Source: an uncultured delta proteobacterium (GTDB taxonomy: Bacteria > Desulfobacterota > Syntrophia > Syntrophales > Smithellaceae). Taken from it: 64,000 nucleotides of DNA. The position numbers were made by a program, and so were the translations under genes. The stretch lies in the NCBI GenBank assembly GCA_963753975.1, contig CAVWEH010000005.1, forward strand, positions 480,001 through 544,000. Reading direction: 5' to 3'. The notes beneath the pieces were generated by a model. The model saw only the letters and a program-made list of their open reading frames with translations, had not been told where the DNA came from and made no database searches. Positions within the stretch are counted from its first letter, which is position 1, and every line of letters starts with the position of its first letter. Of the stretch, positions 19,550-29,657 are shown one piece after another.

Positions 19550-20785
19550 ATGAATAGCGGTGATACTGCGTGGGTTCTTGTGTCCACAGTACTGGTATTT
19601 GCGATGACTATACCAGGCCTAGCGTTTTTTTATGGAGGGTTGGTCAGGAGAAAAAATGTTCTTTCCATTTTGATGCAGTGTTTCATTATCATGTGCGTGA
19701 TCAGCCTCCAATGGGTGTTGTTCGGTTATTCCCTTTCTTTCGGACCCGATACCGGAGGGGGAATTATTGGGAGTCTTAAATGGGCCGGTCTTAATTTTGT
19801 GGGCAGCCAGCCGAATCCCGATTATGCGGCGACGATTCCTCATTCCGTTTTCATGATTTTTCAGATGATGTTCGCGGTAATTACACCGGCTTTGATTATC
19901 GGCGCCTTTGCCGAGCGCATGAAATTTTCCGCTTTTTTGATTTTCACTGTCCTGTGGGCTACTTTTGTTTATAATCCCCTGGCCCACTGGGTCTGGGGTA
20001 TGGGCGGCTGGATGAAAGCTCTTGGCGGCCTGGACTTTGCGGGCGGCATTGTCGTCCACGCGAGCTCCGGTGTATCGGCTCTGGTTATCTGCCTTCTTTT
20101 GGGTCGAAGAATCGGCTATCAGCATTCCCCTTTCCGGCCGCACAACCTGCCCTTCACTGTTTTGGGGGCCGCGCTGCTCTGGTTCGGATGGTTTGGCTTT
20201 AACGCCGGCTCCGCTTTGGCCGCAGACGGAATCGCAGCTAATGCTTTTGTAACCACGCAGGTCGCCACGGCGGCGGCCGGATTAACCTGGGCTTTAATTG
20301 AATGGCAACAACATGGCGCACCGACTATTCTCGGAGCATGCACGGGCGCTGTTGCGGGGCTTGTCGCTATCACGCCCGCCTGCGGATATGTAAACCCCAT
20401 GAATGCCATCTTTATCGGTATACTTGTCTCCGTGTTTTGTTATATCGCCATCGCAGTTATCAAAAGCAAACTGGGCTACGACGACGCTTTGGACGCGTTT
20501 GGTGTTCACGGCGTAGGAGGTATTTGGGGCACGATTGCTGTTGGTCTTTTCGCCGAAAAAGCAGTCAACGCCGGCGGCGCCAACGGGCTTTTCTTCGGAG
20601 ATACACATCAATTTCTTGTGCAACTAATGATGGTGGCTGTTGCGCCTGCTTTTGCGGCGGTGATGACCTGGATACTCTTTAAGTTTGTGGATGCCGTCTT
20701 CGGTATGCGGGTGGAAGAAAAACAAGAAGTTATCGGCCTTGACCTGACTCAACAGAGTGAAACGGCCTATACGGTTATTGAATAA
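19550..20785 (+). CDS. amtB: Ammonium transporter
   Basis: SGDTAWVL, PGLAFFYGG, FQMMFA, DFAGGIVVH, LWFGWFGFNAGS, DDALDAFGVHG. Confidence 0.97.
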   Translation: MNSGDTAWVLVSTVLVFAMTIPGLAFFYGGLVRRKNVLSILMQCFIIMCVISLQWVLFGYSLSFGPDTGGGIIGSLKWAGLNFVGSQPNPDYAATIPHSVFMIFQMMFAVITPALIIGAFAERMKFSAFLIFTVLWATFVYNPLAHWVWGMGGWMKALGGLDFAGGIVVHASSGVSALVICLLLGRRIGYQHSPFRPHNLPFTVLGAALLWFGWFGFNAGSALAADGIAANAFVTTQVATAAAGLTWALIEWQQHGAPTILGACTGAVAGLVAITPACGYVNPMNAIFIGILVSVFCYIAIAVIKSKLGYDDALDAFGVHGVGGIWGTIAVGLFAEKAVNAGGANGLFFGDTHQFLVQLMMVAVAPAFAAVMTWILFKFVDAVFGMRVEEKQEVIGLDLTQQSETAYTVIE

Positions 20786-20799
20786 GGAGGACATAAACC

Positions 20800-21141
20800 A
20801 TGAAATATATTGTCGCGATTATACAGCCGCATAAACTGGATGATGTAATGAAATCTCTGGAAGACGCCGATGTCACCTTGATGACGGTTTCCAATGTCCT
20901 GGGCCGGGGGCGTCAGAAGGGCATTACAGAAGTTTATCGTGGCGCCAAGGAAGTAGGCAGTCTTTTGAAAAAAGTAAAGATCGAAATTGCCGTCAATGAA
21001 GACTTTGTGGAACCCACGATAAATGCCATAATGAAGGGTGCGCGCACCGGCGAAGTGGGTGATGGAAAGATATTCGTTACGGATCTTTATGAAGTGCTCC
21101 GTATCAGCACCAATGAACGGGGCGGCAAAGCCATCGGTTAG
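20800..21141 (+). CDS. glnK: P-II family nitrogen regulator
   Basis: [22 protein letters not shown]; linked to amtB. Confidence 0.9.
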   Translation: MKYIVAIIQPHKLDDVMKSLEDADVTLMTVSNVLGRGRQKGITEVYRGAKEVGSLLKKVKIEIAVNEDFVEPTINAIMKGARTGEVGDGKIFVTDLYEVLRISTNERGGKAIG

Positions 21142-21153
21142 GAGGAATTTACG

Positions 21154-22569
21154 ATGAGTCTTAAAGATTTGACAAAATATTCCAAGGATAACCGCCTGGA
21201 ATTTATTGATCTGAAGTTTACGGATGTTCCTGGATTGTGGCAGCATATTACTATTCCCATTGAAGAGCTCACGGAAGACCTGATGGTTCACGGCACCGGT
21301 TTTGACGGATCGAGTATCCGGGGATTCCAGCCAATCAATGAAAGTGACATGCTGATCAAACCTGATCCGGAAACAGCGTTTGTTGATCCTTTCATGGCCG
21401 ACCCGACGCTGAGCATGATCTGCAATGTCAAAGATCCACTTACGCAGGTGCCTTACTCGCGTGATCCGCGCAACGTAGCTCAAAAAGCAGAGCGTTATCT
21501 TTCCTCTTGCGGTATCGCTGATCAGGTTTTTTTCGGGCCGGAGCCGGAGTTTTATATCTTCGATGATATCCGTTTTGAGCAAACATACAACAGTGGATTT
21601 TACAAAATAGATTCCAAAGAAGGGTTTTGGAATTCAGCCCGGGAGGAAAAACCCAACCTTGGTTACAAACCGCGTGTCAAGGAAGGATATTTCCCTGTTC
21701 CGCCAACAGACAGTCTACACAACCTTCGCGCCAAGATGACAAAGGTAATGAAAGAAGTTGGTATCGAAGTACTGTTGCATCACCATGAGGTAGGGACAGC
21801 GGGACAGTGTGAAATAGGCGTTCGCGTGAATACTCTAGTAAACACCGGCGATATGCTCATGAAATACAAATATGTCGTGAAAAACGTGGCTCTCGCCAAC
21901 GGCAAGACGGTTACCTTCATGCCCAAACCGATCTTTATGGATAACGGCTCCGGGATGCATGTCCATCAAAGTCTGTGGCGGGCGGGAAGGAATCTCTTCT
22001 ATGATACCAGCGGTTATGCCGGCATCAGCGAGATGTGCAGACATTATATCGGCGGGATTTTGCATCATGCGCCGTCGCTTCTTGCCTTTACTTCTCCGAC
22101 AACAAATTCCTATAGAAGATTGGTTCCCGGCTATGAGGCGCCGATTAATCTTGTGTATTCCCAGCGCAACCGCAGCGCCTGTGTGAGAATTCCCATGTAT
22201 TCGCCGAGCGAAAAGGCGAAACGCATCGAATTTCGTTGCCCCGATTGTTCCTGCAATCCCTATCTGGCGCTGGCCGCGATGCTGATGGCGGGCTTAGATG
22301 GAATAGAAAACAAGATAGAGCCCCCAGCGCCTGTAGATGAGGATATATACGAACTTTCTGCGGAAGAAAAAAAACATATCCGGGCGACTCCCGGATCGCT
22401 CGCGGAAGTTCTAGATAATCTGGAGAAGGATCACGCTTATTTACTTAAAGGCGGCGTGTTTACCAAGGATCTCATCGAAGTATGGGTGGAATATAAACAT
22501 AAAAGAGAAGATGACATGATTCGCCTGCGGCCCCATCCTTACGAGTTTGCCATGTATTTCGATATTTAA
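21154..22569 (+). CDS. glnA: Type I glutamine synthetase
   Basis: [47 protein letters not shown]. Confidence 0.98.
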   Translation: MSLKDLTKYSKDNRLEFIDLKFTDVPGLWQHITIPIEELTEDLMVHGTGFDGSSIRGFQPINESDMLIKPDPETAFVDPFMADPTLSMICNVKDPLTQVPYSRDPRNVAQKAERYLSSCGIADQVFFGPEPEFYIFDDIRFEQTYNSGFYKIDSKEGFWNSAREEKPNLGYKPRVKEGYFPVPPTDSLHNLRAKMTKVMKEVGIEVLLHHHEVGTAGQCEIGVRVNTLVNTGDMLMKYKYVVKNVALANGKTVTFMPKPIFMDNGSGMHVHQSLWRAGRNLFYDTSGYAGISEMCRHYIGGILHHAPSLLAFTSPTTNSYRRLVPGYEAPINLVYSQRNRSACVRIPMYSPSEKAKRIEFRCPDCSCNPYLALAAMLMAGLDGIENKIEPPAPVDEDIYELSAEEKKHIRATPGSLAEVLDNLEKDHAYLLKGGVFTKDLIEVWVEYKHKREDDMIRLRPHPYEFAMYFDI

Positions 22570-22635
22570 GCGCAGGTCGCATCATCATAAAAGAAGAAAA
22601 TGTAAATTAAATATTTTACAAGGAGGAATAAATAT

Positions 22636-23937
22636 ATGAACACCGATATGATAGAAATATTTGTTGCGATCTTGGCCGTCATGGTCCTCATCATCTACAT
22701 TAAAGCGAACATGAAGATTTGTGAGCCCAATGAGATCATGATTTTTTCCGGACGCAGGTTTAAACAGAAAGACAAGGTACTGGGCCCCCGCATACTGGGC
22801 TACAGGGTTATCAGAGGTGGCCGGGGAATGAAAGTGCCGTTGATTGAAACGGTACGCACCATGTCGCTTAGCACCATGCCCATCGAGATGGATGTGACAG
22901 GCGCCCTGACGAAAGGCACCATACCAGTAAATGTAAAGGCAATGGCCAATGTTAAGATTGCCGGCACTCTGGAGGAGGGCCTGAGTAATGCTATTGAACG
23001 GTTTCTGGGAAAAAGTTCAACGGCTATCGCGAGCACGGCAAAGGATATCTTGGAGGGAACCCTGCGGGGTATTCTTGCCACTATGGAGCCCGAGGAAGCC
23101 AATGCGAATCGTTTGGTTGTTGCTCAGGATGTATCAAAAGAAGCCTCTGAAGACATGAAACGTATGGGTTTAGTTTTGGATATGTTCAAGATTCAGGTCA
23201 TCAAAGATGACAAGGGCTATCTCGAAGCTATCGCGCGAAAGAAAAATGCCGAGGTTCAGCGGGACGCCCGAATTGTGGAAGCACAATCCAACGCCGAAGC
23301 CAGCCGCAAGGAAGCCGAAAGCAGGAAAATAGCAGAGGTTGCCGATATTGAAGCAAGAAAAGTAGTAGTTGCTTCAGAAATGGATTTCCGGGTGAAACAG
23401 GCGGAATTGAAATCCGAAGCCAACAAGGCAGAAGAAAGAGCGAAGATGGCCGGAGAAATCGCCAGGATGGAAGAGACCACAACATTGGAAAAAAGGAAAG
23501 TAGAGACCAACAAATTGAAGTATCAAGCCGAGGTAGTGGTTCCCGCCGAAGCGGAAAAAGAAGCAAAGATAAGCAAAGCCAAAGGTGATGCTGCTTTTAC
23601 GTTTGAAGAGGGAAAATCCAAGGCAGAAGCGTTAAAACTCTTACGCGAGCAGTGGCAAAAAGAAGGTAGTAAAGACCTCTTTATGATTCAGCTTTTGCCT
23701 GAACTGGTCAGACATGTATCCAAGGTAATCGCCTCCAATTTGAATGTTGAGCGCCTGACCGTTGTGGACAGCGGCAATGGAAGTGGCGGCGGCTTACCCC
23801 ATCTGGTGGGTAACCTGGCCGGTTCCGTGAATTCCTTCTTCGAGCAAATGAAAACCCTCACAGGGTTGGATGTGGTTCGTCTTGTAGAAGAAAAATACGG
23901 CGCCGCACAATCCGTTAAAGCTAAACACACTGTGTAA
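22636..23937 (+). CDS. Flotillin-like SPFH-domain protein
   Basis: N-terminal TM, PNEIMIFSG, NAIERFLG, LEGTLRGILA, Ala/Glu-rich coiled coil. Confidence 0.88.
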   Translation: MNTDMIEIFVAILAVMVLIIYIKANMKICEPNEIMIFSGRRFKQKDKVLGPRILGYRVIRGGRGMKVPLIETVRTMSLSTMPIEMDVTGALTKGTIPVNVKAMANVKIAGTLEEGLSNAIERFLGKSSTAIASTAKDILEGTLRGILATMEPEEANANRLVVAQDVSKEASEDMKRMGLVLDMFKIQVIKDDKGYLEAIARKKNAEVQRDARIVEAQSNAEASRKEAESRKIAEVADIEARKVVVASEMDFRVKQAELKSEANKAEERAKMAGEIARMEETTTLEKRKVETNKLKYQAEVVVPAEAEKEAKISKAKGDAAFTFEEGKSKAEALKLLREQWQKEGSKDLFMIQLLPELVRHVSKVIASNLNVERLTVVDSGNGSGGGLPHLVGNLAGSVNSFFEQMKTLTGLDVVRLVEEKYGAAQSVKAKHTV

Positions 23938-24016
23938 GCTGTTTGATTTTTATAGAACGCGAGGAAAAATCAATATCTCTTTTTGCGATAAACATAGAGA
24001 AAGGAGATTGTCTGTC

Positions 24017-24910
24017 ATGAGCAATAGAAAATATAGGAAAGGGGTTATCGGATCATTCATCTTATACTTCCTTTTTACCCTTACTCCGGCTTCGCCATTG
24101 TATGCAGAAAATGCGAAGCCGGAGCAGAAGCCCGTCGAACAAACACAGGAGGAAGATAAGGTGACGGGCGAACTTGATTTGAGTGTCCTTAGCGCCTATA
24201 TCTGGCGCGGGTATGAGCAGACACGTGACAGCGTTGTCGTCCAGCCGGCGGCAACGGTAAGCTATAAAGGATTTTCGGTAAATGTCTGGGGAAACCTGGA
24301 TACCAAACCATATTCCGCCGCTGATGCCAAGTATGGCGCTAAATACACAGAGACGGACTACACTGCTTTCTATTCTAAGAAATTTGGAATTTTGCAGGTG
24401 ACTCCCGGCTATATTTACTATGCATTGGGTGCGCCTTATGCCGGTGGCACTGCTCCACTTGATTCTCAGGAGCTCTTTCTCACATTGGGGTTAGATACAA
24501 TTTTATCGCCGACACTGACTGCCTATAAGGAAATTGATCATTACCGTCAGTGGTATTTTTTGCTGGGGGTTTCCCATACCATCGAATTCAATAAAATCGT
24601 CAGTTTAAAACTAGCGGCTTCGGCAAGTTACCTGCTTTCTACCGATGAAACGACTTATGCAAAATATGACAGCAATTCTTTACCCACAACGGATAAGTAC
24701 AATAATTTTCACGATGGAACAGTTTCCGCTTCGCTGCCCATAGCAGTTTATAAGACATTATCGGTCACGCCAACGATATCTTATGTTTTTCCTCTTTGCG
24801 ATGATGCCAGATATGAAATGAAAGGGCGTGGCCTGCAAGGCGTTACCAATCCATCCGATAGGAATAGTTCATTCCTCTATGGAGGTGTAACGTTCAGTTT
24901 TAGTTTTTGA
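24017..24910 (+). CDS. Putative outer-membrane beta-barrel (TorF/TIGR02001-like)
   Basis: Signal peptide, SAYIWRGYEQ, alternating beta pattern, terminal Phe (GVTFSFSF). Confidence 0.65.
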   Translation: MSNRKYRKGVIGSFILYFLFTLTPASPLYAENAKPEQKPVEQTQEEDKVTGELDLSVLSAYIWRGYEQTRDSVVVQPAATVSYKGFSVNVWGNLDTKPYSAADAKYGAKYTETDYTAFYSKKFGILQVTPGYIYYALGAPYAGGTAPLDSQELFLTLGLDTILSPTLTAYKEIDHYRQWYFLLGVSHTIEFNKIVSLKLAASASYLLSTDETTYAKYDSNSLPTTDKYNNFHDGTVSASLPIAVYKTLSVTPTISYVFPLCDDARYEMKGRGLQGVTNPSDRNSSFLYGGVTFSFSF

Positions 24911-25005
24911 ACATATCTTGGATAAAACCGGACGGAAGCGATAATAGTTCATCCCCCGTGCGGAATTATTTACTTCCATGTATATTTGATATAAAAGAAG
25001 GCTGT

Positions 25006-25377
25006 ATGAAGAATTTTATTTTCTTTCTTTTATTATTTGCGTCCTCGACTTCATCTTGCTTTGCGGAAGAATCAAAAAATCCCAAAGTAATTAAAGTGCA
25101 AGTGGGGCATAATATCACCATTATTCTGAAATCCAACCCGACAACCGGCTACCAATGGCAATTCGCCAACCCGCTGGACGAAAGCACTCTGAAATTAATA
25201 AGCTCAGAATATTTGGCGGATAAAACCGAACTTGTCGGCGTAGGCGGAAAACAAGTCTGGCGCTTTAGAGCGCTGAAGCCGGGTGAGACTAGTATTTCTT
25301 TCAAATATGTGCGTCCCTGGGAGAAAAACACTCCGCCGCGAAATGCGGAATCCTATCTGGTGATCATAAAACAGTAG
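25006..25377 (+). CDS. Protease inhibitor I42 (chagasin) family protein
   Basis: Signal peptide, SNPTTGYQW, VGVGG, YVRPWE. Confidence 0.9.
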   Translation: MKNFIFFLLLFASSTSSCFAEESKNPKVIKVQVGHNITIILKSNPTTGYQWQFANPLDESTLKLISSEYLADKTELVGVGGKQVWRFRALKPGETSISFKYVRPWEKNTPPRNAESYLVIIKQ

Positions 25378-25497
25378 TCAATATAATCTCGCAAATTTTC
25401 TTAGCCGCTAACAAGAAAGGTGGAGGCGGTGCTAAGCGTAAGCAGATCGACACCAAGGATTATCTTCGTTTTTTCCCACATCAATTTATTTTAATTA

Positions 25498-25803
25498 TTA
25501 ACCCTTTTCAACAAGATATTCCTCAAAAAACTCTTTATGCCAATTAAGCTGCGTTCCCGCGGACTGCAATGAAGCAATAAGTATAGCTTCCGCTATTTCT
25601 TGTTTTGTAGCGCCCGCTTTCAGCGCGTCTTTAATATGATGTTCTGTGCAGTGTTTGCATCGAAACACGGAGGCTATTGCTAACCGGAGGAGCTCTTTTG
25701 TTTTTGCATCCAGAACAGTCTTCTGTTTAGCAACATTGGAAAAATGCTGGTAAGCGGCACCCAAAGGCGATTGCTTTAAATACCATGGACTTTCATTACT
25801 CAT
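25498..25803 (-). CDS. Carboxymuconolactone decarboxylase/AhpD family protein
   Basis: LDAKTKELL, CKHCTEHH, GATKQEIAE. Confidence 0.88.
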   Translation of the reverse strand: MSNESPWYLKQSPLGAAYQHFSNVAKQKTVLDAKTKELLRLAIASVFRCKHCTEHHIKDALKAGATKQEIAEAILIASLQSAGTQLNWHKEFFEEYLVEKG

Positions 25804-25917
25804 TTTATTCCTCCTTATTATTTTTTAATTACAACTAAAAAATTCTAAACAACCTGCAACATCTGCTCTTACTGGGAGTACCGATTTCAGTTGTGCGAAT
25901 TGTACGACAGCATATTA

Positions 25918-26328
25918 TTAGCCGCTTTTACCAAACGGCCGCGGACGAATAATAAACCAGCTTCCAATCACCGCGAGACCAAATACTGTGTAGCATAAGG
26001 TAAATATCCACCAGGGAGCTTCATAGTAGAGAAGCACGCCGAGCCAATGCGCCACAAAGCTTCCTGTATAAACGGCATCGCCGGTTCGCTGCCGAAGAGC
26101 ATTTTCCAAGATAGTAAGCGGACACAACATTCCCCACCAGGTTTGTGCGACAACTATTCCAATAGCTAAGAGATGGGCCAATCTGAACCACGGATTTCTG
26201 ATCCAGCGCCACCCGCGAAAACCACCCCATAAAATCAGCACCAGCCCAAAAACGACAAACATGACGAATGACGTGTGTAGTAGCAGCACTAAATCCGATA
26301 AGACACGAAACAAAACATTTTCACTCAT
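25918..26328 (-). CDS. DUF2784-like membrane protein
   Basis: WFRLAHL, CPLTILENALR, hydrophobic helices. Confidence 0.75.
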   Translation of the reverse strand: MSENVLFRVLSDLVLLLHTSFVMFVVFGLVLILWGGFRGWRWIRNPWFRLAHLLAIGIVVAQTWWGMLCPLTILENALRQRTGDAVYTGSFVAHWLGVLLYYEAPWWIFTLCYTVFGLAVIGSWFIIRPRPFGKSG

Positions 26329-26483
26329 CCATGCTACCTAAAATTTTTTATATAGCTCGATATAACATTCACACAAAGCATACTTTATATTTACCTACTC
26401 CCTTTATCTTATATCGAAATCTAACTGCTCAAATTAGATTTAATCACGGCTATTAATCTCAAAGCAAAGTACCCTCCGCTTTG

Positions 26484-26610
26484 CGGGATAATTCGACCTG
26501 CAAGCTTCAGCGGTGACGTGACCTTTAGGTTATGCATCCTGTTTCTGAAACTTGGGTCTCATTACAACTTACCAATTTCGATGCGCTTCGCTTTCGGAAT
26601 TGGAGTTTCA
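26484..26610 (+). repeat. Dispersed hairpin repeat family, locus 2 (two tandem units, 26495-26558 and 26566-26607)
   Basis: 26484-26567 aligns to 39884-39968 with 8 differences in 85 columns. Confidence 0.8.
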
Positions 26611-27467
26611 CTAATGAAATTCAATATAAGAGGCCAAATTTCCTTTTGAGAATCATGGCTGGCTATCAGCCGCGGATGATTATAATCCTCGGCAAAACCA
26701 TTTTTTTTAGAGCAGAGAATAAATTTCTTGTTTCTGCTATTCAATGCTTTGAACAAATCATAACATCCCGCGGGAGGAGCAATTTTATCTCCGCCCCCGG
26801 CAATACAAAGTGCCGGTATGGAAATTTTTTGAAGAGCTTCTAAATAATCGAATTTATCTTTTCCCAGCCACCTCCCTGTCCAATTCCACTTACACCATTG
26901 CTGCATAAAGCCCATGCGTTCATTTTCCGGACCTAATCCAAAAAGGGGACCGGGCATTTGACCAAACAGACGCATGATAATCATGATCAGTATTAAACTG
27001 ATTTTTTGGAAAAACGTTTTACCCGCGCCTGTTGTTTGAGAGCCGAGAGCGACAAGAATTTGAATTTCTTTTTGCCTATCGACATCCCTGGCTATGTACA
27101 TCAGCGGCAAAAATCCCCCGCTGCTATGGCCAACCCAAATACATGCTTTATGTTTCGTTTCCGCTTGTACTGCTTTCAGAACAGAGGGGATGTCGCAAAG
27201 CGCATAATCTTCCGCATCGGGAGTCAAATCCCCGAATTCACTTTGGCCGTGGCCGCTATATTCATAAATCCAGCAATCAAAACCTTCTTTGTTCAGAAAT
27301 TGAGCCAGCTCCTGACAGATGGACGCGTTGGAAAACGTGCCATGAGTCATAACAACAGGAGGATAATTTGATGTTTTATTCGGAAATCTATATAAGGCAA
27401 GCTTACTGTTTTTTGCGCTCTCAACAAAGGAAGGCTCGGGTAAAGAATTGTTATATTTATAGGCCAT
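26562..27467 (-). CDS. Alpha/beta hydrolase
   Basis: HGTFSN, YSGHGQS, nucleophile elbow GHSSGG, DKIAP, YNH. Confidence 0.85.
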   Translation of the reverse strand: MAYKYNNSLPEPSFVESAKNSKLALYRFPNKTSNYPPVVMTHGTFSNASICQELAQFLNKEGFDCWIYEYSGHGQSEFGDLTPDAEDYALCDIPSVLKAVQAETKHKACIWVGHSSGGFLPLMYIARDVDRQKEIQILVALGSQTTGAGKTFFQKISLILIMIIMRLFGQMPGPLFGLGPENERMGFMQQWCKWNWTGRWLGKDKFDYLEALQKISIPALCIAGGGDKIAPPAGCYDLFKALNSRNKKFILCSKKNGFAEDYNHPRLIASHDSQKEIWPLILNFISETPIPKAKRIEIGKL

Positions 27468-27582
27468 AAGAATTAGCGAAACATAGTGAGGCGGTTCAAG
27501 CTATGTATGCACCTGTTTTCTTTATTTGCATTTCCTTTTTTGTGAGCGATGTTTTCGTTTTCAGGGCATGAGAAAACGATAA

Positions 27583-28143
27583 TTAAATCTTGCTTCCAGC
27601 GATATATTTATACAACCGCTCTGCGTGCTCTTTGGCCCGCTGCTCCACTTCTTCCTTTTTATTATAGACGCCCGGAACGTAAATCATATTATAAGATACA
27701 AGAGGAGTGTTGTATTTCATGCCGGTGAGGTTTGTCATTTGCTGCAAAGGTTTCAGAAGCTCGTTAATCGGGAAGTTGTTGTAGCCGCCCGCTTTATAAG
27801 CATCTTCCGACCCTCCTACGGTTGTGGATACGAGAAACTGCTTTCCTTTTAATTTATTTCCCGTAGAACCAAAGGCAAAGCCGTAGGTGAAGGCTTGATC
27901 TATCCATTCTTTGAGAATGCCGGGCACGCCATACCAGTAGAAAGGAAATTGAAAAATAATCGATTCCGCTTCGATAAGAGCCGCCTGCTCAGTTTCGATG
28001 TTAACTTTGAAGGATGGGTACTCCTGATAAAGATCCTTGATTTTCACGCATTCGAGAGTCTTGACCTTTTCAATAATTATTTTGTTGGCAATGGATTTTT
28101 TCTCCATACTGGGATGGGCCAGTACGACAAGCGTCTTTTTCAT
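27583..28143 (-). CDS. NAD(P)H-dependent oxidoreductase, flavodoxin-like (KefF/KefG family)
   Basis: VLAHP, QFPFYWYGVPGILKEWID, GFAFG. Confidence 0.88.
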   Translation of the reverse strand: MKKTLVVLAHPSMEKKSIANKIIIEKVKTLECVKIKDLYQEYPSFKVNIETEQAALIEAESIIFQFPFYWYGVPGILKEWIDQAFTYGFAFGSTGNKLKGKQFLVSTTVGGSEDAYKAGGYNNFPINELLKPLQQMTNLTGMKYNTPLVSYNMIYVPGVYNKKEEVEQRAKEHAERLYKYIAGSKI

Positions 28144-28277
28144 AAAATTTCTCCCTTATGGCTATTTAACCAAGGTTTACGGAAGCTGTGTTTTAGTGCT
28201 TCGATGGATAGCTTGGCTTCTTGCATGTGCCTTTTTTGCCCTTCTCAAACTCTCGATTCGGTTATCCGCTATCCTTT

Positions 28278-28511
28278 TTATTTAAATGGGTTATACCCTG
28301 GTTTCTTGTATAACTTTTCCTGCTTATCAAGGATATCCGGCCTATAGACTTCTTCCGCCCAAATCTCTGGTTTGATTTCCTCGATAGCTACTGAAACTGA
28401 TTTTTCTTCGCACTTCATGATGGCGACAACATCTTTAACTATTGCTTCGGCAAGTTGAGTTTTCTGCTGTTCTGATCTTCCCGGATATAGCTTTATGATA
28501 ACATGAGGCAT
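28278..28511 (-). CDS. 4-oxalocrotonate tautomerase family protein
   Basis: MPHVIIKLYPGRSEQQK (N-terminal Pro), SVSVAIEE; GGAGG SD. Confidence 0.88.
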   Translation of the reverse strand: MPHVIIKLYPGRSEQQKTQLAEAIVKDVVAIMKCEEKSVSVAIEEIKPEIWAEEVYRPDILDKQEKLYKKPGYNPFK

Positions 28512-28678
28512 CATTTCCTCCTTCAATTCATCACATAACAATACTTATATAGTCTGTCTGTATAAATCGGGAAACATAGACTGTTACTTTTTTTATAAGA
28601 CCTTCCCGTGTCTTCCCCTTTATTTATGAATATACAAATAATATTAATATGTTACACAGAAAGAGGAGCGCTTTGCTT

Positions 28679-29344
28679 TCACTTTTTCAACAATTCTAGC
28701 CGTTCTTTGATACTTTCTGCTTTGGCTGTGTCCCCGCGGTTGAGGTAATATTTTTGCAGTTTGTTTAAATAAGCCCAGAGCGGCCGCTTCCAGCCGTTAT
28801 CGGAGGAAGTATTTATGGCAATCTGTAAAATATTTTCATCGTAGGGCAAATATTTTACCCAGATGCCGCAGGCAATCAAACGGGAAAGAGGATCAGCGAT
28901 GGAAGGAATTTCCTGGAGAGCTTTGGCCAAATCTTTATTCCGGACGAACTGGATAAAGCTTAAATATTGGGAAGGCAGTAGATTATCTTCTACAACAGTA
29001 AAATTTCCTTTCAAAAAATTATAATAAGCGAAATTAGAGGCAATGGGATGGAGTTTATTAATTCGGACAAATTCGCTGTCGTCAAAATCTTCCAGCGCTG
29101 CTGTATGCAAGGCATACTTGTTCAAATAAATTCTGGCTAAGAAATTTAAATCGTTGTCGCCGGATGCAGCTTTTCTTGCTTTATCAAAATGAGGCTCTGC
29201 AACATCTTCTTTCCCGTTTAAAAAATTAACTTTATAATTTTCCAACTGTCGGAAAGAGGCATCTTTCCATTCAGGGATATGTTTTTGGTTCAAGCCGCAG
29301 GAACAAATAAATATTACGATTGCTGCAGTTAAAATTTTTCTCAT
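28679..29344 (-). CDS. Hypothetical lipoprotein
   Basis: Signal peptide with lipobox-like ICSC. Confidence 0.7.
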   Translation of the reverse strand: MRKILTAAIVIFICSCGLNQKHIPEWKDASFRQLENYKVNFLNGKEDVAEPHFDKARKAASGDNDLNFLARIYLNKYALHTAALEDFDDSEFVRINKLHPIASNFAYYNFLKGNFTVVEDNLLPSQYLSFIQFVRNKDLAKALQEIPSIADPLSRLIACGIWVKYLPYDENILQIAINTSSDNGWKRPLWAYLNKLQKYYLNRGDTAKAESIKERLELLKK

Positions 29345-29523
29345 GGCACTTTTATCGCCGGTCCTTTTTTCTGGGAAAGAATTGCATCAATTTCTCTGGC
29401 TACATCGTCCAAGATTTTAACCGTGTCGTCTATATCCGAGCGCGGTGTCCGAAAATCCTTATGCCTTCCGATACCTCTTTGCTTATCTTGTAAGATGATT
29501 AATCCTAGCACATGATTATCCAA
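29341..29523 (-). pseudogene. Short ORF, possibly the relic C-terminus of an MlaD/MCE-type protein
   Basis: RSDIDDTVKILDDVAREIDAILSQKKGPAIKVP*; ATGA overlap with the lipoprotein start; no convincing N-terminus. Confidence 0.3.
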
Positions 29524-29657
29524 ACTTCAAACCGCCAATACCAATATTTCATTGACAAATACAAGACAATCGGTATATTGACCGGCGATACGCGAAGATA
29601 AAGTCTTTAGCGCGGCATTCATGACCGCAATTTTTTACCGACAAAGCGGAGGATTAT

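Noticed and set aside
26540..26610. GTTTC...ATTACAAC words resembling CRISPR repeat ends
   Set aside because: No regularly spaced identical repeats, no unique spacers and no cas genes; better explained as hairpin modules
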